64,000 nt of DNA from Chlorokybus atmophyticus. Taxonomy: Eukaryota; Plantae; Mesostigma and Chlorokybus algae. Made by a program: the position numbers and the translations under genes. Position 1 is the stretch's first letter. Each line of letters starts with the position of its first letter. The notes beneath the pieces were generated by a model. The model saw nothing but the letters and a program-made list of their open reading frames with translations, made no database searches and was not told the DNA's origin. Of this stretch, positions 11,576-25,349 are shown piece after piece. The stretch spans positions 255,380-319,379 of the forward strand of contig RHPI01001116.1 of assembly GCA_009103225.1 (NCBI GenBank), given 5' to 3'.

Positions 11576-14316
11576 ACATGCTTATAAGTGTCGTTCATAG
11601 CCTTCAGTTGCTGCTAAATGCTTTGTCAAGGGGGGTTCTCTACCTCTCTCCTCTCCTCCCCGCCTCTTCCTTTTAGATTTAGGTTGCCGTCGCTAATCCT
11701 CCACCACGGACGACGAGAATCGCAGGTGTCGCACACGGGGCTGCTTACAGCGCTTCACAATGGCTCACAACCGCAGCAACCCTATGGCCAGCTGTAGCAA
11801 TCTGACAATAAGTACCCTCGAAGCCTGCACACAAATAAGTCAACAACAATGCGAGCATTGGAAGTGCACAAAGCATGCCCGACACATGCAAAACAAAGCG
11901 CCGCCAAGGTGAGAACAAGAGGGCGGAGGTTTACCTTGACATTGTTTTTGAAGGCGAAAGCAATTACAAGCATTTAATGTCGTTTTGCAAAGCCTGCCAC
12001 AAGCTGCAGCATCACAACCAGCTTTTATCCTTTTGTTTTTGTTCAGCTGCAGCCAGGTAGCATAAATGTGTTTAAAAGATGGTATGCGACATACGTAACA
12101 TAAGTTATAGATGTGTTTACATATAAGCTGAACATGTTATTTGCATAAAACATAAAATCGGTTGTATATAATTCTCAACAATGGTAGCTAGCCTTGCATA
12201 TTGTTTCGTGAGCAAGCGTACATGCTTGTTTTATGCATGCTTCATTGCACAATGTTGGAAAAACTTGCAAAAGCCATAAGCTATCCAACTTTGGTTTGTG
12301 TTCCGCAGCTGTCCCATTAGATGGGGGCCCCTTAAATTTTCATATGCTACATACGCGATATACCCATCAAGTTGATCTGATGATTCAAAAAACGTCAATT
12401 GCTCATGAGCTTATTACCTTGATATGGCAATGCATCATTATTGTGATATTGCGACTATCATTCAGAATGCAATACAATTTGCATTGCGCATTTGTTACAT
12501 GACAAATGTTAAAACATGTAGTATACATAAACATCATGTTCATAATACCAACACTGATCAGAATGGGGTTAAAGGAAAACGCTATATGATATGCGATATG
12601 TAAAGGGTTACATAATACTTTGTACTTTCCTTGTACTTGTTGTGCGCTGCTAGTGGTGCATTGCGTAAGATGCTGCATGCTGGTACATGTACATGCACTC
12701 TAGCAATGAGTGCATCATATTGCATGGCTGTTACGATTCAATGCCATTGTAGACAGTTGCCTACACTACAGTCATTTGCCAAATGGCTTAATCTCGGGTC
12801 CTAAAGCTTGCGCGCATGCTGTGTTTTGGTGGAAATAAGCGTACTAGCAAGAGTGGCCCGCAATTTCAAGGGGGGCTTGCAGTTGTCGTCGTCATTAGCA
12901 ACATCATCATCGTGCATGCTGCCTCCGCCAACCACCACGCCTCACCTCTCCTTGGCCTTCTCCCTCCTCTCTGCAAGTGGTTGCTTCTTGATGTGTTGCC
13001 CTGCTCTGCCCATTCCCACTGCCTAATCAAGGGTCTTGAGGTCCAGGTCTAGGAGGGCTAAGTTGATTATACAAGCTCGCTGCCATGGGTCCCGCCTACT
13101 TGCTTGCTGTTTGTGTGACTTGTGCCGTGCATGCATACATTGGTGTGCAACACATCTGACCCGCTTCCCTTAGAGCACGCTTTTCAGCAACTCCATTACA
13201 AGTTACGTACGCGTCAACATTTTGTGTAACCAATAATGTCATGACAGTTAATAGCATTGTATTACATGTGTCCAGCCCTCCCTTTCTCTACACTACCCTA
13301 TGTGATATTTATGAAGTCAACTTGAATGCACGAGGCGTGACATGTGCACGATTGACTGATCTACTGGTACTCAAGAAGGGCCTTTTCTAAAGGTCCCCTT
13401 CTGAAGGGGCCCTTTTTCTGCCATTTGTGCCAAGGCTTGTGCGGCATCACAGTGCGTTTCCGCACAAGGCTCAGCCGCCATAACTGCAACCTGCAGCCTT
13501 CGCAAACTCTTAGCCGCAAGCGGCGCTGGGGAAGGCGGTGGTGGCAGCGCCCAGGCTGCTATCCATCCGCGACGCTTCTCAAAGGCGCTGGCTAGCAGCA
13601 TGCCACTACATTGTCGCCGCCCTCTGCACTGCAGCATGCTGGGACGCACCCTGCGAAGCATGCCACCGAGTTGGTGGCCGCTATGGGGGCAGGAGGTCCG
13701 TGCCTTGATCTCACCAAGCAGGTGACTACCGCCATGCAGCATGCGATGGCGGTGCCGTAAGAGCTCGACCTGACATGGCGCCATAGCGTCAAGCGCCAAA
13801 AAGCCGATGAGACGTTCCAACGCTCTTGCCGACAGCTCGGTGAGCGCAGGGTGGTTGCCTGCTTGCTTGTGTTCTGTGGAATTTTGTGCCTAGTAGTCGC
13901 CGTTGCATGGACGCCTTGTTGCTGTCACTGTGGCTTGAAGGAAGGTTTGGCTGTTGGCTGTTCCCCTGAGTCAGTGTCTGCTCTAAGTCTACAGCCCTAT
14001 TGAACCTGCTGTTGAACCTGCTGCTTTGTTTAGCAGATGATTGAAGCGGAGAGTTAGCAAAGCAAACCCACGACCTTTGCCAACCAGCATGCAAGCCAGA
14101 ATGCACGCCAGGTACTTGCTGCTGGAAGCAATCCTCACCGTAGTCTGGTATTGCATCGCCTGTCTTTTGTCGTTGGCAACGTCAGGCAGTCTCTCGATGA
14201 CGAAACACTTATCTGTCAATCCACTGAATTTTTGTGTTGAACGACTTACCTCTAAGAAGTCCTGAGAGAGAACAGTTGCCTGCCTGTGTTGCGGTATCTT
14301 TACTGAACATGTGTAT

Positions 14317-14406
14317 GGGAAGATGTGATGATTGAAAGACTACGTCGCTAAACTGAGCACTAAAGTGCGTTGCGGACAAATTCTTTCGCTCCTAACTGAT
14401 CTTCCC
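14317..14406 (+). ncRNA. Box C/D snoRNA, U80/SNORD80 (yeast snR60)-like, guiding 2'-O-methylation of LSU rRNA
   Basis: 7-bp terminal stem GGGAAGA/TCTTCCC, box C GTGATGA (14325-31), D' CTGA (14353-56), box D CTGA (14396-99). The guide TCTTTCGCTCCTA pairs with conserved LSU UAGGGGCGAAAGA (one G-U) and matches the U80 3' end as I recall it. Confidence 0.85.
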
Positions 14407-14730
14407 AGCTGTTCAGAGGCAGCCAGTCACACTTGTTACGCAATGTAATAACATCAAGCTGCATTGTTCACAGGTCATGTGAGGCGCACTGAGGTCAACT
14501 GGTGGCTGGGGCGGGCGGCTGATGTACTATGCTTGAGAGCCTCCAATTGAGGCAAGTCAGCCTGCGATTGTGCGCATCACCTTGGTTTTGTTGACCCTGA
14601 CCAAAGATGAACAAACTATCAGCTTACCGGCAAGTCCATCTTGTCCGGCATCTGTGGTGACTCCCAATTGCTGCCTGAGGTTTGGGGGAACTCTATGAAA
14701 CCTTTACTATCCAGTGTGTTTGTGCGTGCG

Positions 14731-14816
14731 TCCGCGGGGATGATAAAACGGAATTCGGACTAGAGTATCCGAGCCTCTTAGGCTTTGACGATACAACCCT
14801 TGGCTGTCTGAGCGGA
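14731..14816 (+). ncRNA. Box C/D snoRNA, U53/SNORD53 (plant snoR37)-like
   Basis: Terminal stem TCCGC/GCGGA, box C variant ATGATAA, box D CTGA near 14808-11. The guide CCCTTGGCTGT is an 11-bp complement of conserved LSU ACAGCCAAGGG. The 3' end resembles the recalled U53 end ...CUUGGCUGUCUGAGC. Confidence 0.8.
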
Positions 14817-15929
14817 AAGTGCTTCGCAGAGGCATACATTGTCCTCATATGTCTTTAGGGTACTGGCCCAAGGAAGTTAGAACATGTAGTCAAGTTGCAC
14901 ATTCTGGGTATATGCAGTAAGCTTCGGGCCAAGTCGTATCGTAAACATATAAGCCATGCTCCACGATTGCGCATGTGCTTATGTTGTGCTTCTTGCGCAG
15001 GTGTTGAGAGCTGAGGTTGTGGAAGTCGTTGGGTTGCACGAAGGAAGCAATGCAAGTATGACAGTGGCGCCGAGTCTGGCTCAGCTTCATGGGTGCAGCT
15101 GCGCTAAGTCTTTGGCACCTTCCCTAGCTGCTGCTTCTCTTTGTGTACTTGTTGCTAGTGTCTTGCAGCAACACTTGTGTTATGGACGCAACCATTAGTT
15201 ACCTGTCACCACTTGCCTTGTGCATGTGGTTTTCTAAGCTATGCGTCTTGACAGCATTTGGTGTGCATTGCGTGTAAGTGCGCGACTAGTACACATTTGG
15301 TCTGGCTGTCACCGACCAATGCCAATCATAACATCAGCGTTGCATGTTGATACCACAAGCTGGAACAGTATTGTCTTGCATGGCAACCTGGTCATTGCCA
15401 ACGGGTGAACTTGTGTGCTACCCCAATCAGTAGCAATCGTGTATGTAGCATACCGGTATTGCTGAGCAAATGCGCATCGATCAAACGCAGTTGAGTACAT
15501 ACAGTCTGCTAATTACATACAAAACTTGACATTGGGCTGCTGCCAGCAGCCATCTCGGAGTGATGTAACTTGACTTCACTCTGTCTTGTGTTTGCTGCTT
15601 ACTCTACTACTGCTGCCGCCACTGCATTGAAAACCTTGAAACCTTGTAAAGGTTCGTGTTGTGCTTCCGTATGTCTATAATTTTTCTGTGACTGGTGCTG
15701 CTACCTATGCTTCTCACTTTCGCGCAACCTCCCTTGCACGCACTTAACTTGCACTACCCCTCCCTACACTCAGTTGCCGGGGTGTTCAAGGTGTGAACCA
15801 AAAATGCAATGCCGTGAAAACGACATGCAACATGTACTTGTCAGTGTATGCCTTGCATGTGACAGTGCATTTGCATCAGCGGACATACAGCAAAGCTCTT
15901 TGCGCAGGTTGAAACTGAAAGTCAAACCA

Positions 15930-16932
15930 TCAACTACTCTCTAGAATAGTGCTCAACTCAGCAATGTTCCCTTGCAGGGACCCAACGAGCTTTGAGCAGG
16001 CATCTCTTCGCTTAACCTGCAAAGCCAAAAACAGAATCACTGACTTGCGATGCGCGTGCAATAGTATGACATATGCACCTCACGCAGCAAATGAAAAACA
16101 AGCACATGAATCAAGCAGAAACCGCAACCCCTTTCTCAGCTTGTCTGTCCGTGTGCAAACTTGCGCTGACGGCATGCGGCAATTTGTCATCATGCATGTG
16201 ATACGACATACAACTCCTGCACCAAGACTGAACAGCAACTGCCAACACACCTGCAACTCTTTCACGGCCTTCGCCCATTGCATGAGCTGCTGCAGCTTTT
16301 CCTTTGCAGCAACAGATAGCTCACCCGCTGCCTTGGCTGCCTCGCTTAACGCATGCACCCTCACAATCTGCAGCCAGCCAACAATACACACAGACAACAA
16401 AACGTGTCGCTCTAAAAGATGGGGTGTTACGTTGTGTCACGCATGCACGCACGTGCCAAGCGAAGCAGCTCAACATGCGTAAGATACAACAAGTCAGTGT
16501 TGCTAGAAACAGTGCAAACCACACGCAACAAGATGAGTTCATGTCAACGGCAATGCCTGAATGCATGTGTGCGATGCATATGCGTGGTTGTCAACAATGC
16601 ATGCATACGCATGTATGTCAACGCACCCAGTCATCGCCATCACGGCGGAGTGCCCATTCCAGCTGCGCGCGCTCCTCATCGCAGAGCGCCATGAGGGCGT
16701 CGCCTGGGCGGCCGTCGTCTATGGCAGCGAGCGCGGCGGCAGAGGAGAAAGAGGTGGACTTGAACATTGATTGCTGCGGCAGCTGTTGTGCTGCGGCTTT
16801 GCGTGCACTGCCGCTTTCCTTACTGTCACCTCCCTCGCTGGCCGGATCGGGTCTATACTCTGCCAAGTCTGCAAGCATGTCTTCTGCGGACAAGAGTGGG
16901 CCGGAAGGCTGCAACAGCCTCCTCTGCGCCAT
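15930..16932 (-). CDS. Hypothetical 3-exon protein of about 170 aa, helical C-terminal half
   Basis: Phase-0 GT-AG introns join ..RRDGDDW / IVRVHALSEAAKAAGE..KELQ / VKRRDACSKL..LESS* with no stops. No family recognised. Confidence 0.6.
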
Positions 16933-18327
16933 CTGCTCATGGTAGCATTGTTAAGTTACAGTATGCATGTAGTCAACCATGCATTGGGTCCATGCATCTC
17001 TCCCAGCACGACTTGTTGATACTGTGCGGCTTGACTACTGCCAAGGGGCATAGTCAATCACTAGCAGGAGCTGACACGTTTAGGGTTTGAAGGTATTAAA
17101 TGCCGGTATGCTGCGTGTGCAACTCTGCTGCGCACAGATGCACGCGAAGGGCATGCTTACGTCTCAACTCCACGGGCTGAGCGTAGCACTGTACTAGAAA
17201 AGCAGCATAATGTTGATACAAGCGGTGACAGACAAGATCAATCTCATCTCTTACCAGGCGAGACGAGAACTCGAGCAAAGCCGACCAGTCCAGCACAGGT
17301 TTGTCACCGTGATGTCAACGCCAAGCCCAGGCCTGACATGGCGAACCTTACTCACAGCCAGGCAGGTAGCTAATCAAGCCCAACATGTCACCACCGCTCC
17401 GCTGTCTCTTCAGCGTCCACGCCGTCGCCAACTCCACCGCCGCCTGGCCTGGTCGAGCTCAAAGCCTGGTCCGACTTGACGGCATTGGCTAACCAAAGTG
17501 AGGTTATCTAACCAGTGCACTCCGCAGCTACGGACAGCGATATACGGCTGCGATCAGTCCCACGAGTGATCGCTTTAACTGAGGGCTTGATGGTAACCGA
17601 GCAGCAGGGGATTGAGCAGTGGAGTAGTGCTGTCGCTTGGCGAGCGGCGGTGTGGCGGGCGTCGTGGGCGTTGTAGCGTAGGGGAAGGGAAGTTGAGGTA
17701 GGTCTGGGGTGTAGTTTAGGGGAAGAAGGGTGAGGTCGTCCATAAGCTTGCCTTGCTGTAGCGGGTTGGTGGGCGAGAGAAGCAGCAGCTAGGTGGCCGT
17801 TCGAGCAAGCTGCTGTTGGGAGCCAAGCTTGCCTTGTTGGCACTGCAGGTTACTTGTGTTGCTGGTCGAGCCGGTTCTCAGAGATAGCAAGGTTGTAGGC
17901 TTGTGCATGCTACACGCGGCCTTAAACGTGGATCGTCTGGCTGATCACTTCAAGGGGATTGTGTAGTTCGGTGACTCTTGCCAAACTTGCAAGTAAGTGT
18001 CCGATGATTAATGACATATATGAAGCTTTCAGGCTGTTCTACTTGCTGGCGCGTTTTGCACGAATGGCTTCCACTTGCGTCTTGCTAAAGTTTGTGGTGT
18101 TATTCTCTTCTCGGTGCATGCAGCAAGCTTTTTCACTGCATGCAAGTGTGTACTTAAGCTACTATATCAAAGACTTCTGGTCAGTCTTCTGTCTGTGCTG
18201 TGTCTGAGCTTACCACAAGAGGCTGTCATGTCACTTGTTCTAGCATGTCCCTGTTCTACAATACACTGATGAACTTTTTGTGGCCGCTGTAAGCAGGTTT
18301 GTTGTTTTCTTACGAGAAAGAGGAGAC

Positions 18328-21300
18328 ATGAAGCAGCGAAAGAGTCAAGCGTCTTACAACGCTGTTCCGCCTCCGCCGATTACGCTGCTGAAGCGTCCGG
18401 CCAAGAACAGCTTTCCTGCCAACGGCTGCGAGTTGCTGCCATTCCAGCAGCAACCCCAACCGCTTTTGCAGACTCCAACGCTGATAACTCCTCAGCAGCA
18501 GGAGCAGAAGCAACAGCGGAAGCCCTCTCATCCGATCCTGTTAAAGAGGAATAGCCAGCCTGATGCTGTGGTCGACAGACAGGTTGTGCAGGAGAGGATG
18601 CAAACTGCATTAGAAGGTATATTGCATTCCTGTGTTTATACTTTCTGCATTCTTGCTTTCTTTGATTTGGGCTCGTCAGGTTTCTGGTTGCATCTTGGTA
18701 TAGCTCCCAATCAGACTGCATGCATGGTTGGTGCTTGTTTCAGCAGCTAACAAGCTCATTGGTTGCAGCATCCCCGTCAACAACAACTCTGGAGCTGACA
18801 CCCACTCAAAATGGGTCTGTTGGCAAACCGCGGCAGCAACGAGACTACTTTGTTGAGCATTGGGACCCAAAGCGAATCCAGCAGGCAAGAATGCTCTTCA
18901 TGATTTGAGTCTGTCGCCTCTTCAAGGATCTTGTTTACCCGACTTCTTACTGCCGTTGAAACGCACATTCAGGCACTTGAAAGAGGGGAGATTCTTCAGG
19001 GCGTTGTGCGTTTCAACATGTACAACCGACATGAGTCATATATCTCAGTGCCTGGGCTGCCTGTTGACATTTGTGTTGAAGGGTTTGCAGCCCAAAATCG
19101 CAGCATAGAGGGTGATAAGGTATCTGACCCACGTATGTTGCATGCGTTGCTGTTGAACTTGTTTGATATGCTGAGCATGTAGCTGTATCATTGCTCGCTT
19201 ATGGTGTCTGTCGTGTGCGTAAGGTGGCTGTGAAGTTTGAGGTGGTGTCCGCTGCGGTCAACGGCAAGCGGTCTCCACACAGCAAATATGTGACAGCGTC
19301 CATTGCTGTCACAGCCCTGCCGGAGTCTGAGGATGACGTGGATGCCCTTGCAAATTTCTGGAAGCAGCTGCAATTTGAACACTTGAGTACCGCGTTTGGC
19401 GAACTGTACATACACAACGACACCTCTCCATTGAGCAGCCCTGATGGCAATTCAAGCAAGCGCTCTCCCATGCCTGCAGCAGAAACCAATGCTGCCGCAC
19501 ACGATTTGGAGGAATTGAGTGCAGAGTTGGAGTCAGACTCAAGCAAGCGGCTTGTTGGAGAGGTTGTATTGTGCGCAGTCTGCTTTGCAGCTTTCCTCTG
19601 CTGGAGTCGTGTTGGGAAATCTCATGTGTTGTTATGAACTGTGCAGGTGGTTGGTATCCTTGAGTATTCAAAGAGGCGATCAGCAATTGTTGGCTCGCTG
19701 ATGCCAACATGGAGTACAAGCGCAGACAGCCCGACGAGTCAACCAAACACAGAAAGCCCAACAAAGAAGTACTGGAAGTTCGTGCCTCGCGATGCGCGCA
19801 TGCCGCCCATGATGATACTCCATGACAGACTTCCTGGCAAGCTGAAGGCGCAACTGGCACAGAATACCAGCAAGGACAAGTACGTTGCTGTTGCTGTTGC
19901 TGTCATCGCAGACTTGCAAGGTTCATAGGACTTGTATGAAGCCATCACGTGGTGAGTCTGTAACTCACGTTTGTGCAGTTTGACTCTGTTGGTGGCTCGC
20001 CTTGACACATGGAGCACCAGTTGCTTTCATCCTCTGGGGACAGTGACAGAAGTGCTGGGTGGTGCTGATGAGATTGAAGCCCAGACTGCAGCTATCATTG
20101 CAGAATACGGGTAAGCTCGCTGTTGTTTGTCATGCTGCTCAGTACTACCAGTTTCACTGGACATGAGGGCACAAGGTTTTGTGTGCTCAATGCAATTACG
20201 CAGGCTCCCTGGATTCGACTTTCCAAGAGAGGCGTTGGCAGATTTGCCTCCGAGCCCTTGGGCAGTTTCGAAGGAGGAGATCAAGTGCAGGCGAGACTTT
20301 CGCCAGGAGCGCGTGTTCACAATCGACCCCGCTACCGCTCGCGATCTGGACGATGCGGTGTCCATCAAAACACTACCTAATGGCAATCTTCAAGTTGGAG
20401 TCCACATCGCAGATGTGTCGCATTTTGTTAAGCCCGGGACCGAGTTGGATGCTGAAGCAAGAAGGTGCGTAGCATAGGTTGACGTCAGTTGAGATGCAGA
20501 GTGTTGCCATGCCATACGCCAGGTGTTCAGTGGTGCAAACACATGGTGACAAGCTCATGTTGACTCACAAGCTCATGTTGAGCTCATGGTGACAAGCTCT
20601 GTGATTGCAGGCGCTCGACAAGTTTCTACCTCACACAGAAGGTCATCCCCATGCTGCCAAGGCGCCTGTGTGAGGAGTTGTGCAGCTTGAACCCAAATGT
20701 TGAACGGTTGACATTCTCTGTGGTGTGGGACATGACACCTAGTGGAGAGATTGTTGGTCAGTGGATGGGTCGCTCCATCATCAAGTCGTGCGCGAAGCTA
20801 TCGTATGGCACTGCTCAGCGCGTTATTGACAATGACTTTGACCCTGCAAGCCCTGTCACCTACGAGGAGGGCATCCGCCCAGAGCAGGTTTGTGGCACAA
20901 TTATATTGCGAACTGTCGTTCTCGTGTTGTATATCCCAACTCATCAACATTGCTTGTGGTGGCAGATTGCGTGCGGGCACACCTGGGGTGATGTCATCCA
21001 GGACATTAAACAGCTGTATGAAGTGTCTGTCCTGTTGCGAGGCAAGCGCTTCAAGGCTGGTGCTTTGAAGCTTGATAACGTGAAAGTATCAGTTCAGGTA
21101 TGTCTTCTTGCTAGCAAGCTTACACAAGGCCTTGACCCAAAAGGTGTAGTGCCAGGCATTGTCAAGATTAACGCCTGCTTTGCAGTTGGGTGACGACCAG
21201 TTGCCAATGTTTGCGCGCACGTATGTGACCGGGGAGGCAAACCACCTGATCGAGGAGTTCATGCTCCTAGCAAATGCCAGCGTTGCGACCACTATTTCAC

Positions 21301-23198
21301 GGGCATATCCGGATCGCGCTCTGCTTCGGCGGCATCCGATGCCCAATGGCAGGAAACTTCAAGACCTAGAGCGCTTCTGCACCGAGCATGGTTTCCATCT
21401 GGACACTTCTTCTGCCGGTAAGTCAGCTTTGCAACACAGAGTCTTGAATTGAACTGGAAGTTAGCTGCAGCGCTGACTCATGGTTGGGAGACAGCACGCG
21501 CATACCTCATGTGAGATTTCGCGTTGGCAATTGCAGGTGCTCTGCATGACTCATTGGAGCAGCTACAGTCCATCATACAGGATAAGGAGGTGTACCACCT
21601 GCTACGCAACCTTGCAACCAAGTCCATGAATTTGGCTCAGTACTTTAGGTACAACCTTGCCACCAGCTTGTTGCCGACCTTACCTCATTTTGCTCCATGT
21701 GCTCATGTTGTGACAATGTGCAGCACTGGAGCCATCTCACCAGAGAACGACGGATGGCGCCATTATGCTCTCGCTATGCCATTTTACACCCACTTTACGT
21801 CTCCTATCCGGCGTTACCCTGATGTCCTTGTGCATCGGATTTTAGCTGCCACGCTTGAAGCGGAAGCATCCCTAGCGCAGGTATTCATCACTAACTGGTC
21901 AGAGTCCAAATGTTCGCACATTATGCATGATTCCCGGCAGTTGTCACTTGGCCTCCATGTAAGTTGTGATGCACCATTGACACACAGCTCATTGACAGGG
22001 ACAAATGCGCACAGCTCTCAAGAAGGCTGTCTCTGACAGAAAGGATAGCACATTGCCGGCATTGTTGCCGCCGCGCAGCGTCTCCCTGCCACAGCTCTTC
22101 TCCGGCCCGCAGAACCAGCGGTTGCCACCGAGCACGCCGCCAGCTTCGGTTGTGCAAGTGGTGACATCCGCCTCCGCTGCCACACACATGTTGCCTACAA
22201 GCAACGAACTTACGAACATCAGCGCACATTGCAATGAGCGCAAGCTGGTATGACTTATGTTATGTCTTCACACCAACTTGCAGTGTCACTTCGCTGCACA
22301 TGCCATGCAAGAATTGTTTCTCGAGTCTGTGAACTTTAGGATGTGACATGAGTCTTGGTGTGATCAATATGGTGTTTTTGTTGCACAGGCTGCTCGGTAC
22401 TCCCAGGAGGCCAGTGCCCGTTTGTACCTCAGCGTGCTGCTGCAACGGCAGCCCGCTGTTGTAGACGCTGTTGTGTTCAACCTAGGACCCAGATACATGA
22501 CTGTCCTCGTACCTTGCTTTGGGCTCGAGCGGCGCATCATGCTTGATGAGATGGACAAGGTCTCAGTGTTGTGGGACAAGGCTTCAAACACGGTCACGTT
22601 GCAAGAAAAGGTGCTCTCTCAGGTGAGCGAGTGCTCCAGCGTGCCCACGTACTCTTGAGACAGCTGACACATTGGTGCCTTTGCCATGGTGTAGTTACTA
22701 ACTTTACCTGGGTTGTTCAGAGGCGCTTGAAGAAGGGCGGTGCCGCGTATGATCTAAGCACACTGTCTTTTGCGCAGGTACAGTCCTGCGCACATGCTCT
22801 GGCAGCTTATCCTTTGATCATATTGTGCAAGGTGACTGATGTTGGTTTGTGCACCCTGTAGGGCGGGAATGGATCCGCAGGTGAATCACCACAGATGGTC
22901 TCAAAGGCTGCCAATAAGAAGCAGGTACGCTATGCACAGTTCTTAAGGTTTGGTCAAGAGCAGTCTGATTGTACGTGCTGATGTGCAAATGAGTAGGCAA
23001 CTGACTTTTCCCCTGCAGATCATGCGAGATGCGACCAAACCCAATCCGCACAAGATTGTACTGAAGAGCCCCGAGCAGTGCCCGCCCGAGAGCCTCCCGG
23101 TGACCATCAAGACTTTCCAGCACGTCCCTGTGTTGCTAAGTGCCTGCGGAGGCGGCAACAAGCTCCTGGACATCAAGGCGACCCTTCACGTGGCTTAG
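18328..23198 (+). CDS. DIS3L2: DIS3-like exonuclease 2 (RNase II/RNB family; plant SOV), about 14 exons
   Basis: N-terminal [23 protein letters not shown], catalytic [44 protein letters not shown] and [22 protein letters not shown]. No PIN domain. Start codon is approximate. Confidence 0.93.
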
Positions 23199-23849
23199 AG
23201 GCGTGCTTGCTGCGTGCTGAGAAGTCCATTTTGAGCCAACGCGCATACGTACCTGTACTTGCGACGCAATGCCCCAAGGCACGAGGTGGCCCTCAAGTGT
23301 GGTGTGGATGCGTGCAAAGGCAGAGTATGCAACCACGCACAACAAGTCGCCCTCCTGGCAGTCTCACTGCGCGCAAGCATGCCTGCAGAGAGTACATGAC
23401 AATGACCATCCCCGGCACCACTGATAGCAGGCTTAGATTGGTTGAAGAGCGGCAGACCAGACTTCGCCACATGCTGCGCATCATGCCAAGTGGGCAGGAG
23501 TCCATCAATTGAAGTGGCAATACAATGTTAAGTTCAGTGCGGGGTACATGAGCACCATAAGGGAGGATGAGCTCTGACGGCGTTCAAGCAGGCGTGGCAT
23601 TGTGCAGATAAGTTGACAGAGTCAGCGACAGTGGCTTTGTGAAGAGCGTGGTGGTGTGTTAGTTGTTGCTGCTGCATCGCTGTGCTAGCAAACGTTTAGC
23701 ATACTGGTGGCATACTACATTTCGTGCACTCGTTATAGCAGCATCTTTAACAACCCTTGCAGCGGGCAGTGGTGTTTTCACAACACTTGTTGTGCTGAAG
23801 TGCAATGACAGTATACCTGCACGCATGTGCAGCTAAATTGCGAAACTGC

Positions 23850-24910
23850 CCTGCATGCATGTATAACAGGGTATGTGCTTAGTGAGTGGCGCGTTAGCGG
23901 TAGGATAGCATACAGCCCGGTGGTGTTGTTCGTAACAGTGTGCTGAATGCGGTGTGTTGAGTTGGTATGTGAGTTTAACATGTGAGTTTAATGTGCTTTG
24001 CATGAGCGTGATGCATCTTGCAGCTTTTGCACAGCATCCACACGCTTACTATTCGACGGCACACATTGGGCAGTAAAGTAGTGAAGTAGGTAGCGGTAGA
24101 CAGTGTGTACCTAGCCCGCTGGTCGTGATTGAGGTGACTGTAGGTGTATTTCAGTGTTCATGCATGTATCGTGCTTGTTGCATACATCACATGCATATTC
24201 TGTACATAGTCAAACCTTACCACGCCCACGCTGCTTGCATGCTATAATAACAAGCAGTGACGACCATTTTATGACGACTGTTTAACGCTGCCACTTGTGT
24301 GTTGTACAGGTATCTTTCAGATGCTATGCGTGCTTGCATGTGCATCGGGATGGTGGTCGCATTTGTTGTGAAGGTAGAGTAAGTTAGCCCGGTGGTAAAC
24401 TATCGAACAGCAATGACTGCCTGCATGCTGTACGTTGCCTACACTTGCATGTTCTTTGCATAAGCATACATACGCCACACTGTATGTACAGTATGATATA
24501 CCTTTTGTACAGTGATAGCTAGGACAAGCAAGTAGGCAGCGTGTTGGCTTGTGAAACTTTCAAGTGTGCTACACAGACCAAAAAGCTTGGAACGCCGCTA
24601 TTGTCTCATCTTTTACACATGGATACAATCTAGGTATTTACATTGAAGATCTTTATCGATTGCTGCACCAGGAGACACAACAGCACGACACAGTGGTGGC
24701 TGAGAGGAGGGCGGAGGCAGAGGGAGCGAAGGGAGAGGGGGGAGTCGTCCTGCATGTTGATGCTGTTGCAGCTGTGGCCGTGGTTGACAACGGACTGACC
24801 AGCGCCCATGTGAGCAGGTGCTAACTCAATGCATGCTTGTATGTTTAACGGGGCGGGCTAGCATTGGTATAGTGTAGCAAGCAGCCATAGAACTAGCCCG
24901 GTGGTTTGAT
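23850..24910. repeat. Diverged repeat family with core (T)AGCCCGGTGGT, several copies
   Basis: Core or near-core motif at about 23915, 24113, 24386 and 24895, often preceded by GCATGC..TAAC(A/G)GGG. The same arrangement recurs at about 49800-49875. Confidence 0.6.
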
Positions 24911-25349
24911 TTGATGTGTAAAGCGTGTGTATGCTTGTGCTGATGCATGCCATTCGCATTGTCCACACCATGCTGCCACCGTACCATACCCCTTACATAC
25001 ACTCTCCACACGTGCGACGCACGGCATGCGCTGATCCTTGCCATGACAGTGAGAATGCGTGGTGCGAGTGTACGAAAGGAGTATGCTGCTGTGCCAGCAT
25101 GCATGGTGTATTCACAAAAACATGGTGGTGTCATCTGCTTGAGTATCAATGAGGCTTGAGGTTGAGCTCACGAGTCTCTCACCACGCGAGGCAAGGCTGT
25201 CCGAAGCATACTATGCTTCTGAGACACCTACTTACGGTTTGGTAGTCTTCACATGTATAAGGTTGTGGCGGCGGCCATTTTGCACCTGGGGGCCTGGACA
25301 AGCACAAGCACAAGCACAAGTTTGCTGCATCGTCGGGTGTCCGCGTCAG

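Noticed and set aside
11990-12800. MITE in the AT-rich patch
   Set aside because: No TIR or TSD pair could be identified.
13371-14260. Protein-coding gene on the minus strand
   Set aside because: Some exon-like pieces exist, but I found no consistent splice model or recognisable domain.
17096-17850. Extra exons of the 15.9-16.9 kb gene, or a separate gene
   Set aside because: Frames contain stops and do not splice cleanly. More likely a decayed TE fragment.
23900-24910. tRNA genes or tRNA-derived SINE (TAGCCCGGTGGT resembles a Pol III A box)
   Set aside because: No B box or cloverleaf at the expected distance.
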